Notes: a model not told the origin generated them from the letters alone. DNA of 64,000 bases from Candidatus Dojkabacteria bacterium (GCA_016929645.1 JAFGIK010000028.1:11402-75401), one strand, 5' to 3'. Shown: positions 22,040 through 32,947, counted from the first letter of the stretch. A program made the numbers and translations.

Positions 22040-25000
22040 AGAAACATCTACCAAAAATCCTGTAACACTAATAATTCATGGAGCAAATACTATTGGTGAA
22101 AAACTGACAGAGCTACTATCGACACAAAAAAGTCAGATTGTACTTGTCGATACCTTTACAAAGGCAAAAGACCAGTTACTTCGAAATATGAAGGAAAAAT
22201 ATAATATTTTCTCCTACGATATTTCAGGGCTTGAATCAATCAGTAAAAAGTATAAAAGAATTGACTACATATTCCTTCTCAATAATGACGAATTCGAACA
22301 AAAAGAAGCTTTATCTTCGAAGGAATTTTTATCTGAAACAAATATCGCAGATGTTGCATTTAAACTTGGTGTCAGACATTCATCCAAAATTCTTTTAGCT
22401 TCAACGATTGAACTTCACCGATTAATTACTGAACAAAAAGATACATGGGCAGACAAGTTATCGGAGGTATCAGCAAAAAACGCCTACACACCAGCTGAAT
22501 TACAGCGATATTGCGAAAACCTAGCAGCGGAATATCACGATCAATCAGGGTTAAATGTACGTATTGCTAGACTAGGTGAGATCATCGGCAAAAAAATATC
22601 AACAGAAAAAGAAACCATATTTGTTCAAATGGTAAAAGAGGCTATTACAAAACCGCGAATTACAATAAAAGGAGAAGGTCTTGATTACAGCTACTATGTG
22701 CATTTACTTGATGCAGTTTATGGATTGATTAAGGCTATGTTTAGTTCAAAAACTAACGGTGAGGTTTTTACAATAAGTTACCCTGAAGAAATTTCCGTTT
22801 TAAATCTTGCATATAGAATTTTAGAGCTCAATCCCAAGGCAACAGAGATCGTTTTTACTGAAGCAGAAGAAGAAACAATGCAAAAAGGAGTTTATATTCC
22901 AGCTCAAAACCTTACAAAACTTGGATGGAAACCAAAAATTCCATTTGAAAAGGCACTTCACGAAACTATTGAATATTTTTATGAACAATACAAAATAAAA
23001 TGGGATGATAAGCCAACAGCAGAAAGAAAACCGATCAAAGATAAGCCTAAAGTATTGCCACACAGATCCGAAAAGCTTACGGCTACAGGAAAAGCACTAT
23101 TAGCAGTATCTGGGCCCTTAAAAGGATTTTTTGGAGCAATATCAGAAACATTTTCTGAATTCTTCAGCAAATTTAAACACATTTCTTTGAAACCAAAAAA
23201 TTTAATCAAATATGGAATTTACGGAACAATTTTTCTAATCCTTTACATTTTCATAATCAATCCAATATTTCAGATAGTCGGAGGAAGTACATTAACCTAT
23301 TACTACGGGCAAAAAGGGTACAACGAAGCGAAATCACTCGAAACAGAAAAAGCTGCCAGGTCACTAGAAAAAGCCAACTATTTTGCATCAGTGTCAACAT
23401 CAGGATGGGAAGGTTTATTCTGGCTTAAATATATCAAAGGTGTAGATGAAGAATACAATGATATGCTGTTAATTTCATCTTCCATAGAACATCTGACAAA
23501 ATCAGGCCAGTATCTTGTCCAAGGACTGGACCCATATGCAACATATTTTAAAGAATTCGAGCCAGTTGCTTCATTTGACGGATCTGCAGGACAAGGCTCT
23601 AGAGAGTACCTAAATGAGTTGAAGGATATGGAAAGCAATTTGCATTACATCGATAGTGCATCGTTTGAAATTTCACTTGCCAAGGAGTCTCTGACAAATG
23701 TAAATCCAGATGACTATCCAGAAGAAATTTCAAAATATATCAAAATGCTGAAAGACCAAACAGGTGAGACAAGCGACATAATAGGTACATTCAGCAGCTT
23801 CGCAGCATATATTCCTGAAATATTAGGAAAAGACGGGAGACAAACCTATGTCATTTTATTAAAAAACCCAATGGAATTACGAAGTACAGGAGGCTGGATT
23901 TCTTGTTTTGCAATCGTTGGAATAGAACATGGTCAAGTTAGAGAATTAGAAGTTAAAGATGTTTATGAAGCAGATGGTAAACTTGATGAGAAAATTGCTC
24001 CACCTGAAATGATGCAAGATGCACTTGATATCAATCAGTGGAATCTTTCGCTTTCAAACTGGTCAGCAGATTATCCAGAATCAGCAGAGACAGCAGAATA
24101 TTTTTTGAAACTAGAAGATCAGATTGTAAGTGCTGATGGCATTATTTCTATTGATCTTGAATATGCAAGACAATTAATCGATATCTGGGGAGAGCTTAAG
24201 GTTGACTCAGAAGATGAAAAAGTAACAAAAGATAACCTTTACGATAAAATAATAGAAATTCATAGAAACTTTACACCAGGAAGTACAGAAAAGCCGGTGT
24301 TCCTATCAAATCTCGCAAATGCATTACTAGTCAAAACGCTTAAGAGCCCATCGAGTAAATGGCCAGCAATAGCTCAAACCACAGTTACAGCTTTGAACGA
24401 AAAGCATGTTCAAATTTATATGTTTAACAGTGAAATTGACAAACTCCTATCAGAACAAGGCTGGAACGGACAATTAGAGCACGACACTAATCAAGTATAT
24501 TTAGTCGAGTGGAACAATGGTGGCAACAAGGCCAACTATTTTATAGATAGGACAATAGACTACAAAATGATAATAATTGACGAAAATGAAGTTCAGCAGA
24601 AAGTCACAGTCAACTATACAAACAGAAGTACGGAAAACAGATATCCAGAAGGTGAATATGAGAACTTTGTTCGCCTTTATATTCCAATAGATGCAGATAT
24701 CACAAAAACTGATGGTGTATCATCATTAAAGATTTATAATGATGAAGCAAGAAATTTCAAAATCGTAACTGGCTGGGTTAATGTACCAATTAATTCAGCA
24801 AAACAATTTTCAGTTTCTTATGCACTTACTAGTGACTCTCAAGATTTTCCACTTACAGTAGAACCAGGGGGAAAAATAAAATACACGCTTAACCTAAAAA
24901 AACAATCCGGTACAATGAACGATGAGATCACAGTTCAAGTTGCATATCCAGAACAATGGAATCCTTTTGATTATCCCAACATGCATAGAGAGATTAACTC

Positions 25001-25061
25001 TCTTGTTGAAGATAGTGAATTAAAAACTGATAAAAAAGTCGAAATAATATGGGAGTTATAA
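22032..25061 (+). CDS. Fusion: degenerate NAD-dependent epimerase/dehydratase, TM, DUF4012 domain
   Basis: IHGANTIGEKL, NVRIARL, LGWKPKIPFEKAL; YVILLKNPMELRSTGGWI, SNWSADYPESA, GGNKANYF. Confidence 0.8.
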   Translation: MSKETSTKNPVTLIIHGANTIGEKLTELLSTQKSQIVLVDTFTKAKDQLLRNMKEKYNIFSYDISGLESISKKYKRIDYIFLLNNDEFEQKEALSSKEFLSETNIADVAFKLGVRHSSKILLASTIELHRLITEQKDTWADKLSEVSAKNAYTPAELQRYCENLAAEYHDQSGLNVRIARLGEIIGKKISTEKETIFVQMVKEAITKPRITIKGEGLDYSYYVHLLDAVYGLIKAMFSSKTNGEVFTISYPEEISVLNLAYRILELNPKATEIVFTEAEEETMQKGVYIPAQNLTKLGWKPKIPFEKALHETIEYFYEQYKIKWDDKPTAERKPIKDKPKVLPHRSEKLTATGKALLAVSGPLKGFFGAISETFSEFFSKFKHISLKPKNLIKYGIYGTIFLILYIFIINPIFQIVGGSTLTYYYGQKGYNEAKSLETEKAARSLEKANYFASVSTSGWEGLFWLKYIKGVDEEYNDMLLISSSIEHLTKSGQYLVQGLDPYATYFKEFEPVASFDGSAGQGSREYLNELKDMESNLHYIDSASFEISLAKESLTNVNPDDYPEEISKYIKMLKDQTGETSDIIGTFSSFAAYIPEILGKDGRQTYVILLKNPMELRSTGGWISCFAIVGIEHGQVRELEVKDVYEADGKLDEKIAPPEMMQDALDINQWNLSLSNWSADYPESAETAEYFLKLEDQIVSADGIISIDLEYARQLIDIWGELKVDSEDEKVTKDNLYDKIIEIHRNFTPGSTEKPVFLSNLANALLVKTLKSPSSKWPAIAQTTVTALNEKHVQIYMFNSEIDKLLSEQGWNGQLEHDTNQVYLVEWNNGGNKANYFIDRTIDYKMIIIDENEVQQKVTVNYTNRSTENRYPEGEYENFVRLYIPIDADITKTDGVSSLKIYNDEARNFKIVTGWVNVPINSAKQFSVSYALTSDSQDFPLTVEPGGKIKYTLNLKKQSGTMNDEITVQVAYPEQWNPFDYPNMHREINSLVEDSELKTDKKVEIIWEL

Positions 25062-26707
25062 ACATTAGCTCTAATAATATAGGCGCTAAGATCACTCCAA
25101 AAAAGAAATCTCCAAAATTAGCCTTTGTTGCCATTATTATTGTTGTTCTGATTTTAGCAGTTTTCTTAACTATAAAATATATTCCGGGATCAACTCAGAA
25201 AAACTCAGATAACAAAAGTGATAATCATAACATAACCGTCTTTTTTGACGAATCAACTCCAGAATCAATTCGAACAGCAGTTAATGAACTTGCACAGAAA
25301 TACGATTGGAGCATTACAGAAAAAAAAGAAGATAGCACATTACAAATTTCATCAGAAAAATTCACAAAAGACACGACAGATGACAGCAATAAAAATCCGG
25401 CGTTTAACCTATATCAAATTCTAGTTATTACAAAAGCCTGGAACAACCTACTTTCCACAAGCAATACAATTACAAATATTTCAGAAAAAATAGATTTTGA
25501 TTCGAATCTACTAATAGAAGAACCCTTCTCTGTTCCTACAGATAGAAGTCTGGATCAACAGGATCAACTTCATCTTGTCACACTTAGTGAGCTAGATAAT
25601 ACACGAATTGCCATCCCGGTTAATGGACATAACTTTTTTGATCAAGATCTATGGCTACAAGATTCCTCAAAAACTTATCCTATGATTTTAAACGTAAAAT
25701 TCTCAACACGAAACCCGGAGATCATAAAAATTCTGCGAGACAATCTACCAGACAATGACTCACTAACTAATCTTGGGTACATGATCAAATTACCTCAATC
25801 AAGCGATTTTGTATCAATAATAAAAACAGGAACTTCGGTAATTGGTGGACCTGGATGGACTTTATGCGAGCAACGAAAAGGGATTCAATATCCAATATTA
25901 GAAGTAAAAGACACAGTTTCAAATGCAGATTTTACAATAATAAGCAATGAGGGTTCATTTGTAGAAGGTTGTACACAATCAGCTGGCACAACAGCATTTT
26001 GCGGAAAACCCACATATCTTCAAAACATGCTTGATATCGGCACTGATATTGTCAGCCTGACAGGAAATCATATGGCTGACTATGGAAAAACTGCATTTTC
26101 TAACACTTTAGCAACTTATAGAAATAATAACATTAACTATTATGCCGGTGGAGACAATCTTGAAGAGTCATGGAAACCTCTCTATATTGAAACATCGGCT
26201 GGCATAATAGCCTTTTTAGGATACAACAATATGGGTCCTTCAGGAGTTTTGTCCGGAAATGGACTCGCAGGAACTGCATATTTCGATGTAGATGAATTTA
26301 CAAAAAGTATGGATGAAGCATCTCAAAATGCTGATATCATTTGGGTTGACTCACAATTATGGCCAGAATACGGTACAACTCCAACGCAGGAGCAGATTGA
26401 TCACGCAGATCAAGCAATTGACCTTGGAGCAGATATCGTTACCGGGGTATCTTCTCACGAAATTCAAGGAATCACATATTATAACGATAAACCAGTCTTC
26501 TACGGTCTTGGAAATTTCCTTTTTGACCAGATGTGGTCTACTGAAACCCGTCAGGGCATTGTTCTAAAGGTAATAATTTACGATAAAGAAATCCGATATA
26601 TAGAACTTATGCCAACAATGATGTACGACTACTGCCAACCACGATTTCAGGAAGGAGAAGAGAAAGACACAACAATTGAATACATACTTGGAATCTCAGA
26701 TCTCTAG
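25049..26707 (+). CDS. CapA/PgsA-family metallophosphatase-like protein, membrane-anchored
   Basis: SLTGNHMADYG, GADIVTGVSSHEIQG, YGLGNFLFDQ. Confidence 0.85.
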   Translation: MGVINISSNNIGAKITPKKKSPKLAFVAIIIVVLILAVFLTIKYIPGSTQKNSDNKSDNHNITVFFDESTPESIRTAVNELAQKYDWSITEKKEDSTLQISSEKFTKDTTDDSNKNPAFNLYQILVITKAWNNLLSTSNTITNISEKIDFDSNLLIEEPFSVPTDRSLDQQDQLHLVTLSELDNTRIAIPVNGHNFFDQDLWLQDSSKTYPMILNVKFSTRNPEIIKILRDNLPDNDSLTNLGYMIKLPQSSDFVSIIKTGTSVIGGPGWTLCEQRKGIQYPILEVKDTVSNADFTIISNEGSFVEGCTQSAGTTAFCGKPTYLQNMLDIGTDIVSLTGNHMADYGKTAFSNTLATYRNNNINYYAGGDNLEESWKPLYIETSAGIIAFLGYNNMGPSGVLSGNGLAGTAYFDVDEFTKSMDEASQNADIIWVDSQLWPEYGTTPTQEQIDHADQAIDLGADIVTGVSSHEIQGITYYNDKPVFYGLGNFLFDQMWSTETRQGIVLKVIIYDKEIRYIELMPTMMYDYCQPRFQEGEEKDTTIEYILGISDL

Positions 26708-26749
26708 GAAATTTGAACCAACATAATTATAGATCGTACAGTTTAGTCA

Positions 26750-27163
26750 CTAACGTGATAACAATTGTTTGGTGATTTTTGCTTTTGGCATATACTTCAA
26801 GATATCTTCAACTGTCACATGGCCATTAGAAAGAAGCTCGTGAACATCTAGGATTTCGTTAGAGCTAATACCTGATTTTTGAGAGAAACTCGAAATCTCA
26901 TCAATCACAAGATCTGTATTAACTGGCATACGACTTGAAACACCAAGAGGTTGAATAAATGTAGCCATCTGGCTTGCTTTACAATTTTCACAAAAAAAAT
27001 GTATAATCGTCGAGTAATTATTGTTTTGGAGAATTTCTAAATTCTCAGGTTGGTAAGCAGTACCACATTTATCACAATATTTAGCAACATGCTCAAGAAA
27101 AAACTTTTTTTTCATATTTTGATCAGTTGTTTTACTTTTGTTTTTTTTGACATCACTATCCAT
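26750..27163 (-). CDS. Hypothetical zinc-ribbon protein
   Basis: CDKCG and CENCK pairs; divergent from rpoD. Confidence 0.75.
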   Translation of the reverse strand: MDSDVKKNKSKTTDQNMKKKFFLEHVAKYCDKCGTAYQPENLEILQNNNYSTIIHFFCENCKASQMATFIQPLGVSSRMPVNTDLVIDEISSFSQKSGISSNEILDVHELLSNGHVTVEDILKYMPKAKITKQLLSR

Positions 27164-27188
27164 TAACCTATATTATACCATACAACTA

Positions 27189-28298
27189 ATGGCCAACTTA
27201 AAAAAATCAATAAAAAAAGAGAAATATCGAAAAATTGCCTTAAAGCTAATTAAAAAGGGTAAAGATCAAGGATTTTTAACCCAGGATGATATTTTGTTCG
27301 AATTTCCAAATGTAGAAACAAATCTTGATATTCTGGATCAGATATTTTCCTCACTTCAGGACCAAGGTATAGAGGTAATTGATTCAGGTTACGATGAAGA
27401 TGATGATAACAACGAAGAGCAACTTACTCTCGAACACAAGATTAAAATTCTCAAATCAATCCAATCAAACATTTCAACAGACGCTGTTAGATCCTATCTA
27501 CAGGAAATCGGCAAAACTCCACTTTTGACTGCAGAGGAAGAGGTTATATTAGCAAAAAGAATCGAGAAAGGTGACGAAGAAGCAAAACAGCTTTTAGTCA
27601 CAGCAAACTTACGTTTAGTTGTAAGTATTGCAAAAAAATATGCACATAGAGGACTTCATTTACTTGACCTTATTCAAGAAGGAAATATTGGACTCATAAG
27701 AGCAGTTGAAAAATTTGATTACAAGAGAGGCTTTAAATTTTCTACATATGCAACATGGTGGATAAGACAAGCAATTACAAGATCGATTGCTGATCAGGCT
27801 CGTACAATCAGAATCCCAGTTCACATGCATGAAACAATTAACAAACTGAACAAAGTATCTTCAGAGCTTGCAACAAAACTTGGACGAAAACCAAAGCCAG
27901 TAGAGATTGCCAAAGCTATGCGAATTGAAATTGAGAAAGTTCATGAAATTTTGAAAATTGCACAACAACCAAAATCACTTTCAGCACAGATTGGTAAAGA
28001 GCAAGACAGCGAGCTGCAAGACATTATTCCAGATGAACAATCAATGACTCCAGAGACCCTAGCTACAAATGCCTTTTTAAAGAGCCAGATGAAGGAAATT
28101 CTTGACACATTACAGGATCGAGAGAAAAGAGTGCTCGAACTTCGTTTCGGCCTCCAGGATGGAGTCACAAGAACGCTAGAAGAGGTTGGACGAGAATTCA
28201 ATGTAACAAGAGAACGGATACGACAAATTGAAGCCAAAGCATTAAAGAAGCTAAAAGTCGCCTCAATGGAAAAACAGCTAAAAGACTACATTGATTAA
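27189..28298 (+). CDS. rpoD: Primary sigma factor RpoD/SigA
   Basis: [58 protein letters not shown]; ATG at 27189. Confidence 0.97.
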   Translation: MANLKKSIKKEKYRKIALKLIKKGKDQGFLTQDDILFEFPNVETNLDILDQIFSSLQDQGIEVIDSGYDEDDDNNEEQLTLEHKIKILKSIQSNISTDAVRSYLQEIGKTPLLTAEEEVILAKRIEKGDEEAKQLLVTANLRLVVSIAKKYAHRGLHLLDLIQEGNIGLIRAVEKFDYKRGFKFSTYATWWIRQAITRSIADQARTIRIPVHMHETINKLNKVSSELATKLGRKPKPVEIAKAMRIEIEKVHEILKIAQQPKSLSAQIGKEQDSELQDIIPDEQSMTPETLATNAFLKSQMKEILDTLQDREKRVLELRFGLQDGVTRTLEEVGREFNVTRERIRQIEAKALKKLKVASMEKQLKDYID

Positions 28299-28350
28299 CA
28301 TTGCGAAAAATTCCCAGCGCAGAAAGATACTCAAACAAAGGAATCAGAAA

Positions 28351-28572
28351 TCATTCTAAATCGTTTCGTTCCACTAACAAAAATTCTTCCTCACGAGAAT
28401 TAACTTCATCAATTGACACTCTTGTAAATTCCGTAGTAATAGGAGTTAGATAAGATTGATAATCAGGCTCAACATCACTAGTTCTAAGCCTGAAAAAAAT
28501 TTCGAGTCCAATCCAAACAACAACTGCAACAATTGAAAAAAGAATAATTACAGACCATTTACTCATTTTCAT
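28351..28572 (-). CDS. Small membrane protein, possible PilP-position pilus component
   Basis: N-terminal TM; directly downstream of pilO-like gene. Confidence 0.55.
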   Translation of the reverse strand: MKMSKWSVIILFSIVAVVVWIGLEIFFRLRTSDVEPDYQSYLTPITTEFTRVSIDEVNSREEEFLLVERNDLE

Positions 28573-28591
28573 CTAGATTGTATTTTTAAAA

Positions 28592-29233
28592 TTAAATCTC
28601 TTCTTGCGAGTTAGTAGTATCAACGGTGTTGGTTAAATCGCTCGAGGCTTGTTTATACATTCGCATAGTGATAATAATTTCGACACTTGTTGGATCCTCT
28701 CTGCCAGGAATAAATGAAACACTAGTAATATCAGGAATCGTGGGAAGATTCTCGAGATGTGCAACATATTCTGTAATATTTGAAAAAGGACCTGTCGCTG
28801 AAATACTTACTGAAACAGTTTCCATATCTGAGTAAAGCGATGTATTACTAAATGTATCTGAACCAGATTCGATTGCGATATTTTTTGATTTGAAACCATA
28901 AGTATTTCCAACTTTTTCTACACTTGCAAGAAACAAACTATAATCACCATTTTCAGGGAAAAAAACATCAAGGAAAGACAATTCGTCCTGACTCTCAAGG
29001 TAATCTGTCTGCAATGACTGGATACTATTTAGCTTTGCCTGAAGAGCTGCATCAACTTGTTCACGCTCCTTGATCTCACTATATAACGATGAAATCGTAG
29101 CGACTGTTGGCCGAATAGCTCCAATCAAGAAAATTAAAACCAATACAAGAGTAAATCCAAGAAACGAATAAGTCCTTCTTTGAGGATTTTCCAAAAAACG
29201 TCTTAATGATTCTCTGTATGTAACTACTGCCAT
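28592..29233 (-). CDS. PilO-like type IV pilus assembly protein
   Basis: TM (FLIGAIRPT), coiled coil, then GPFSNITEYVAHLENLP ferredoxin-like segment. Confidence 0.75.
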   Translation of the reverse strand: MAVVTYRESLRRFLENPQRRTYSFLGFTLVLVLIFLIGAIRPTVATISSLYSEIKEREQVDAALQAKLNSIQSLQTDYLESQDELSFLDVFFPENGDYSLFLASVEKVGNTYGFKSKNIAIESGSDTFSNTSLYSDMETVSVSISATGPFSNITEYVAHLENLPTIPDITSVSFIPGREDPTSVEIIITMRMYKQASSDLTNTVDTTNSQEEI

Positions 29234-29297
29234 TTCATTAATAAAAAATTAAAATCAAAAAATACAACTATATCTCAAATTCCATAATACAAATTGT

Positions 29298-29843
29298 TTA
29301 TCTATCATAGGTAGCAATAACATTGAACTTAATTTCAGCACCTTCTCCACCTTCTTTTGCAAGAGAAACATCAACATTTGAATAAACAGGATCAAGTCTC
29401 AGATTGTTTTCCAATTTTTTTATTGGATCATAGCTTGAAGCATGACACGCCATAAGCAAAGAGTCTTCAGAAATGGTAAAAGAGTCAAGCGTCACACCAG
29501 ATGGAATCTTATCCAGAGCATCTTCAATATCACTTGATTTCAGTTCTTGATTTTCGAGAATTAACGAAAGGTTAACAAGAGAATTCTCAATTCGTCTCAA
29601 TTTCCGCTCATTAGAAGCCTGTTCATCAAGTGCAAGAACCTTTGCCTCCATAGAATCTTTCAGATCATTATTTTTCACATCGAGATAAAACCTGCTGAAA
29701 AATGCAAGTATTACTACAAGTTCAACACCTACAATGATATATCGACCCACTGCAAACACCCAATCATAGATCTTATCCCAGGTATTTTTGGGCTCAAAAG
29801 TCGGCTCAAGCAAATTTATTGTCTTAGGCAGTGTTTTTGTCAT
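29298..29843 (-). CDS. PilN-like type IV pilus assembly protein
   Basis: INLL motif, TM (GRYIIVGVELVVI), IPSGVTLDSF. Confidence 0.75.
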   Translation of the reverse strand: MTKTLPKTINLLEPTFEPKNTWDKIYDWVFAVGRYIIVGVELVVILAFFSRFYLDVKNNDLKDSMEAKVLALDEQASNERKLRRIENSLVNLSLILENQELKSSDIEDALDKIPSGVTLDSFTISEDSLLMACHASSYDPIKKLENNLRLDPVYSNVDVSLAKEGGEGAEIKFNVIATYDR

Positions 29844-29936
29844 AATTTATACAGTAAGGATAACACAAACAGTAGGGAAATCAAGAAAATGACGAATTAA
29901 ATCTACTGTCTCGGAACAAATTCTTACTATTTAATT

Positions 29937-31370
29937 TTATTGATCAGATGGCATACTATCAACCTTAATTTCATCAATATCTCCTGGCCGCAAATTGTAT
30001 ACAGAAGATCCAATATTTACAACATACCTACCATACTCAAAAGTAATGCTCACAGCAGCTGTCTTTGAGGATTGCTTTGTTATACCAGCTCTACCAGTAG
30101 AAAAAGTAGTTTCTTGTGCAATCTCTTGTTCAAATGTAGAGGAGTAGGTCTCCATATCCAAATTACCCTCAGCAGTAAAGTTTTCGACATTAATAAAGTT
30201 ATACTCAAGCGATTCGACATTTGAATAATAAGAAACTGAATATTTGCCATCCTCCTTAATATCAAGAACAATATTAATATTTTCGATTTGAGTTGAACTC
30301 TCTGAATCACGACTAAAAACGAATGAACCAATATATCCTGGTTCGAATGTTCTTTTATCAACATTTTCGCTTAGTTTTGATAATTTCTCATTTAATTCAA
30401 CAGTACTTTGCATCAAGACAACATTGAAATCATAAACAACTTGCGAATGTGTATTTTCATAGTCATTAATTACCAGCTTTGCATCAGAATATGTAGATTT
30501 CAAGGCATTAAGATCAGCTGCACTGGCAGTATCATATGCGCTGAAATAGCGTGGGTCAGGAACTCCGTTAACACTAGGATACATTGCTAAATATTGATTC
30601 TGAATAGAAATTAAAGTCTGAATATAATTCTCAATGCTTTGAGTCTTTTCAATAAGCTTGTCTATCGACTCAATCATTGATTTTTTAATTTTTTGGCTAA
30701 ATTCATACTTTGGATCAAGAGCATCTACTCTCGCTTTAAGATCTTCATACTTTGTTCGCTGCTCAGTAAATTTTGCAAGCCTATCTTCGAAATCTTCTGT
30801 GTTTTTAGGATAAGTTGAATTTAATCTCACAAATTCAACTTCAAGACTTAAAACATCATCAAAATATTCCTGATATTCTTCGTATGAACTATCAGAAATA
30901 TCATTACATAATCCCACCGCCTCCTTGACTGATTCACGATTCTCAACGAAGGACTTAAAGATATACCACGGATTTGAATCAAGTTTATTTATTAAATCGA
31001 TAGTAAACATCATGTCATGAATATCTTTTTCCATGTCACTATAGGAATTCTCATCTGTAGTTAAGACTAAAAGATTCTTGCTACTTTCATCGTAAATAGA
31101 AGAAGAGAGTTCATCAATCTTTTCGATGTATTTTGTGGAAAGCGACTCATATTCTTTGTTTTTATTAAATCCATAAATAAGAACAGTTGCAATTAATCCT
31201 AATATCACAGTGACAATTCCTACAATCAGCCAACGTTTGCTTCTATTCGAACGAAATTTAGCATCTTTTTTCTCTGATTTTTCTGAATCTTTCTGCAATT
31301 TGGAATATTGGTTATTAGCGACAGAGGATCCCAGTGCTTTTGACTTTTGTAATAATGTTTTTTTTGACAT
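29937..31370 (-). CDS. Hypothetical membrane-anchored coiled-coil protein
   Basis: Basic N-terminus, one TM, long helical region; ATG 31370 preferred. Confidence 0.7.
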   Translation of the reverse strand: MSKKTLLQKSKALGSSVANNQYSKLQKDSEKSEKKDAKFRSNRSKRWLIVGIVTVILGLIATVLIYGFNKNKEYESLSTKYIEKIDELSSSIYDESSKNLLVLTTDENSYSDMEKDIHDMMFTIDLINKLDSNPWYIFKSFVENRESVKEAVGLCNDISDSSYEEYQEYFDDVLSLEVEFVRLNSTYPKNTEDFEDRLAKFTEQRTKYEDLKARVDALDPKYEFSQKIKKSMIESIDKLIEKTQSIENYIQTLISIQNQYLAMYPSVNGVPDPRYFSAYDTASAADLNALKSTYSDAKLVINDYENTHSQVVYDFNVVLMQSTVELNEKLSKLSENVDKRTFEPGYIGSFVFSRDSESSTQIENINIVLDIKEDGKYSVSYYSNVESLEYNFINVENFTAEGNLDMETYSSTFEQEIAQETTFSTGRAGITKQSSKTAAVSITFEYGRYVVNIGSSVYNLRPGDIDEIKVDSMPSDQ

Positions 31371-31408
31371 GAATCTGTGCTCATAATTTAATTGACAAAG
31401 GATTTTAC

Positions 31409-31458
31409 ATGAAATTTTAATGAAGTCCAGACCGAGACTCAGCTTCATTAAATTTTAA
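31409..31458. repeat. Dispersed palindromic repeat, copy A (intergenic, full unit)
   Basis: ATGAAATTTTAATGAAGTCCAGACCGAGACTCAGCTTCATTAAATTTTAA; related to 51657-51688, 52212-52243, 63547-63613. Confidence 0.8.
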
Positions 31459-31545
31459 CCAAAACAAAATTTTAATTCGTGTTATAATAGTAATTTATGC
31501 CGATATTGCACCGGAATTATATAAACTTGATCATAAAAAATTTAT

Positions 31546-32421
31546 ATGTTCCCTTTTAGCCGCGGAAGAAGACTATTATTACAAGCAGCAGCTATTGGTA
31601 CAGCAGCATATCTTCTCTCATCTTGCGACACGGCAAAACAAGATCAAAAGCGAATCTTGGAATATGCCACAACCTTGCCCAAAAGTTCTGGAGATGTACA
31701 ATGGACAGGAAATGTCACTTTTGTTGAAAACCAGAAGCGGGCGATAACAGGAATTCATGTCGATATAGAACCATCAGGCAGACCAAAGTTTGAAATGAGA
31801 GATATTCAAATGATGACACTCGACGCCTCCGGTAATCCAGCCACTTACGAATTGCTACAAATAGGTCTTAAAAAAGAGCATAACCATCTATTTGTTCTTG
31901 ATTGGGTACGAAACACGCTTTTTGACCAACATCCAGAAATGTTCTATCAATGCGGAATAGAGGAAATACTAAGACTTGTTGATGGATTAGCCTTTTTGAT
32001 GCTATCTCCAGAAGAGCAGCAAATTATCGATAATGGAGGAACTCGCTACTACGGACAGAGAGAACACTTATATAAACCTGACGGACAACCGTACTTTAGA
32101 GACCCAACAAACAATTCAGTAAGTGTCATTGAAGCTGGCGAAAGATATACCTGGAGTCCAGAGGACGGACTTACGGCTAAAGCACTTATTGCGACACACA
32201 TCCTTTCCGCTAAAGCACAACAAATTAATGAAGGCGGAATACAATGCATTGCTCAGATATGGCTAAATAAACAGATGAGTACTGGATATTCCACATGGGA
32301 CGTTGCTGCAAATTTTCCAGAAATCGGAGCTATCCAACAAATATGTGATAGCCAGACAGGAATTCAAACACAAATTGGAGGAATATCTGGTGAGCCAGCT
32401 AGCTATCCATTTAGCTGGTAA
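31546..32421 (+). CDS. Hypothetical lipoprotein with twin-arginine-like signal
   Basis: SRGRRLLLQAAAIGTAAYLLSSC lipobox. Confidence 0.7.
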   Translation: MFPFSRGRRLLLQAAAIGTAAYLLSSCDTAKQDQKRILEYATTLPKSSGDVQWTGNVTFVENQKRAITGIHVDIEPSGRPKFEMRDIQMMTLDASGNPATYELLQIGLKKEHNHLFVLDWVRNTLFDQHPEMFYQCGIEEILRLVDGLAFLMLSPEEQQIIDNGGTRYYGQREHLYKPDGQPYFRDPTNNSVSVIEAGERYTWSPEDGLTAKALIATHILSAKAQQINEGGIQCIAQIWLNKQMSTGYSTWDVAANFPEIGAIQQICDSQTGIQTQIGGISGEPASYPFSW

Positions 32422-32485
32422 ATGAAACTCGCTCGATAAACTCAATAAATTTGGCCAAAATTCCAAATTAATAATGCAAAAAACA

Positions 32486-32514
32486 TTTACATATCAACCG
32501 TTTTATGGTATAAT
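32486..32514 (+). promoter_or_regulatory. tmRNA promoter
   Basis: TTTACA-17 nt-TATAAT with extended TG. Confidence 0.75.
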
Positions 32515-32525
32515 ATGCATGTTAC

Positions 32526-32947
32526 GGGGACGCATTTGGTTTCGACAGTTGTTCGCGTTCTAACGCTCAAGTCAGAGTAAAGCTCTGTAAAAACTTACAA
32601 ATAGACAGCAATAGTCTAGTACAACGTGTTCAGAAAGCTGCAAGTAACATTGTAGCTGGTTTTAATGCAGCATTAGCTGGATTAAATACTATGAATGCGG
32701 TAGTTGCATAACTAGCGACTACAGACCTGGATGGCTTTTTCTTGATAGAGCCTCCAACGTCTTTCACCTATCAAGATATATAGGAAAGGTAAACGTGATA
32801 AGCCTGACCTTCGAACTCTAAAATTATCACTACTGCATTTTGTTTTGTCAGCTTTATAAAATGCAGGAAATACTAAACTGACAAAACTTGTTTAAGGCGT
32901 TATTACAAAGCAATTGGACGTGGGTTCGACTCCCGCCGTCTCCACCA
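32526..32947 (+). ncRNA. ssrA: tmRNA (SsrA), 422 nt
   Basis: 5' GGGGACG..GGTTTCGAC; 3' GGACGTGGGTTCGACTCCCGCCGTCTCCACCA; acceptor stem with G3:U70 Ala determinant; tag frame 32607-32711. Confidence 0.96.

Noticed and set aside
31497-31559. uORF MPILHRNYINLIIKNLYVPF overlapping the lipoprotein start
   Set aside because: No associated structure or codon bias; likely chance
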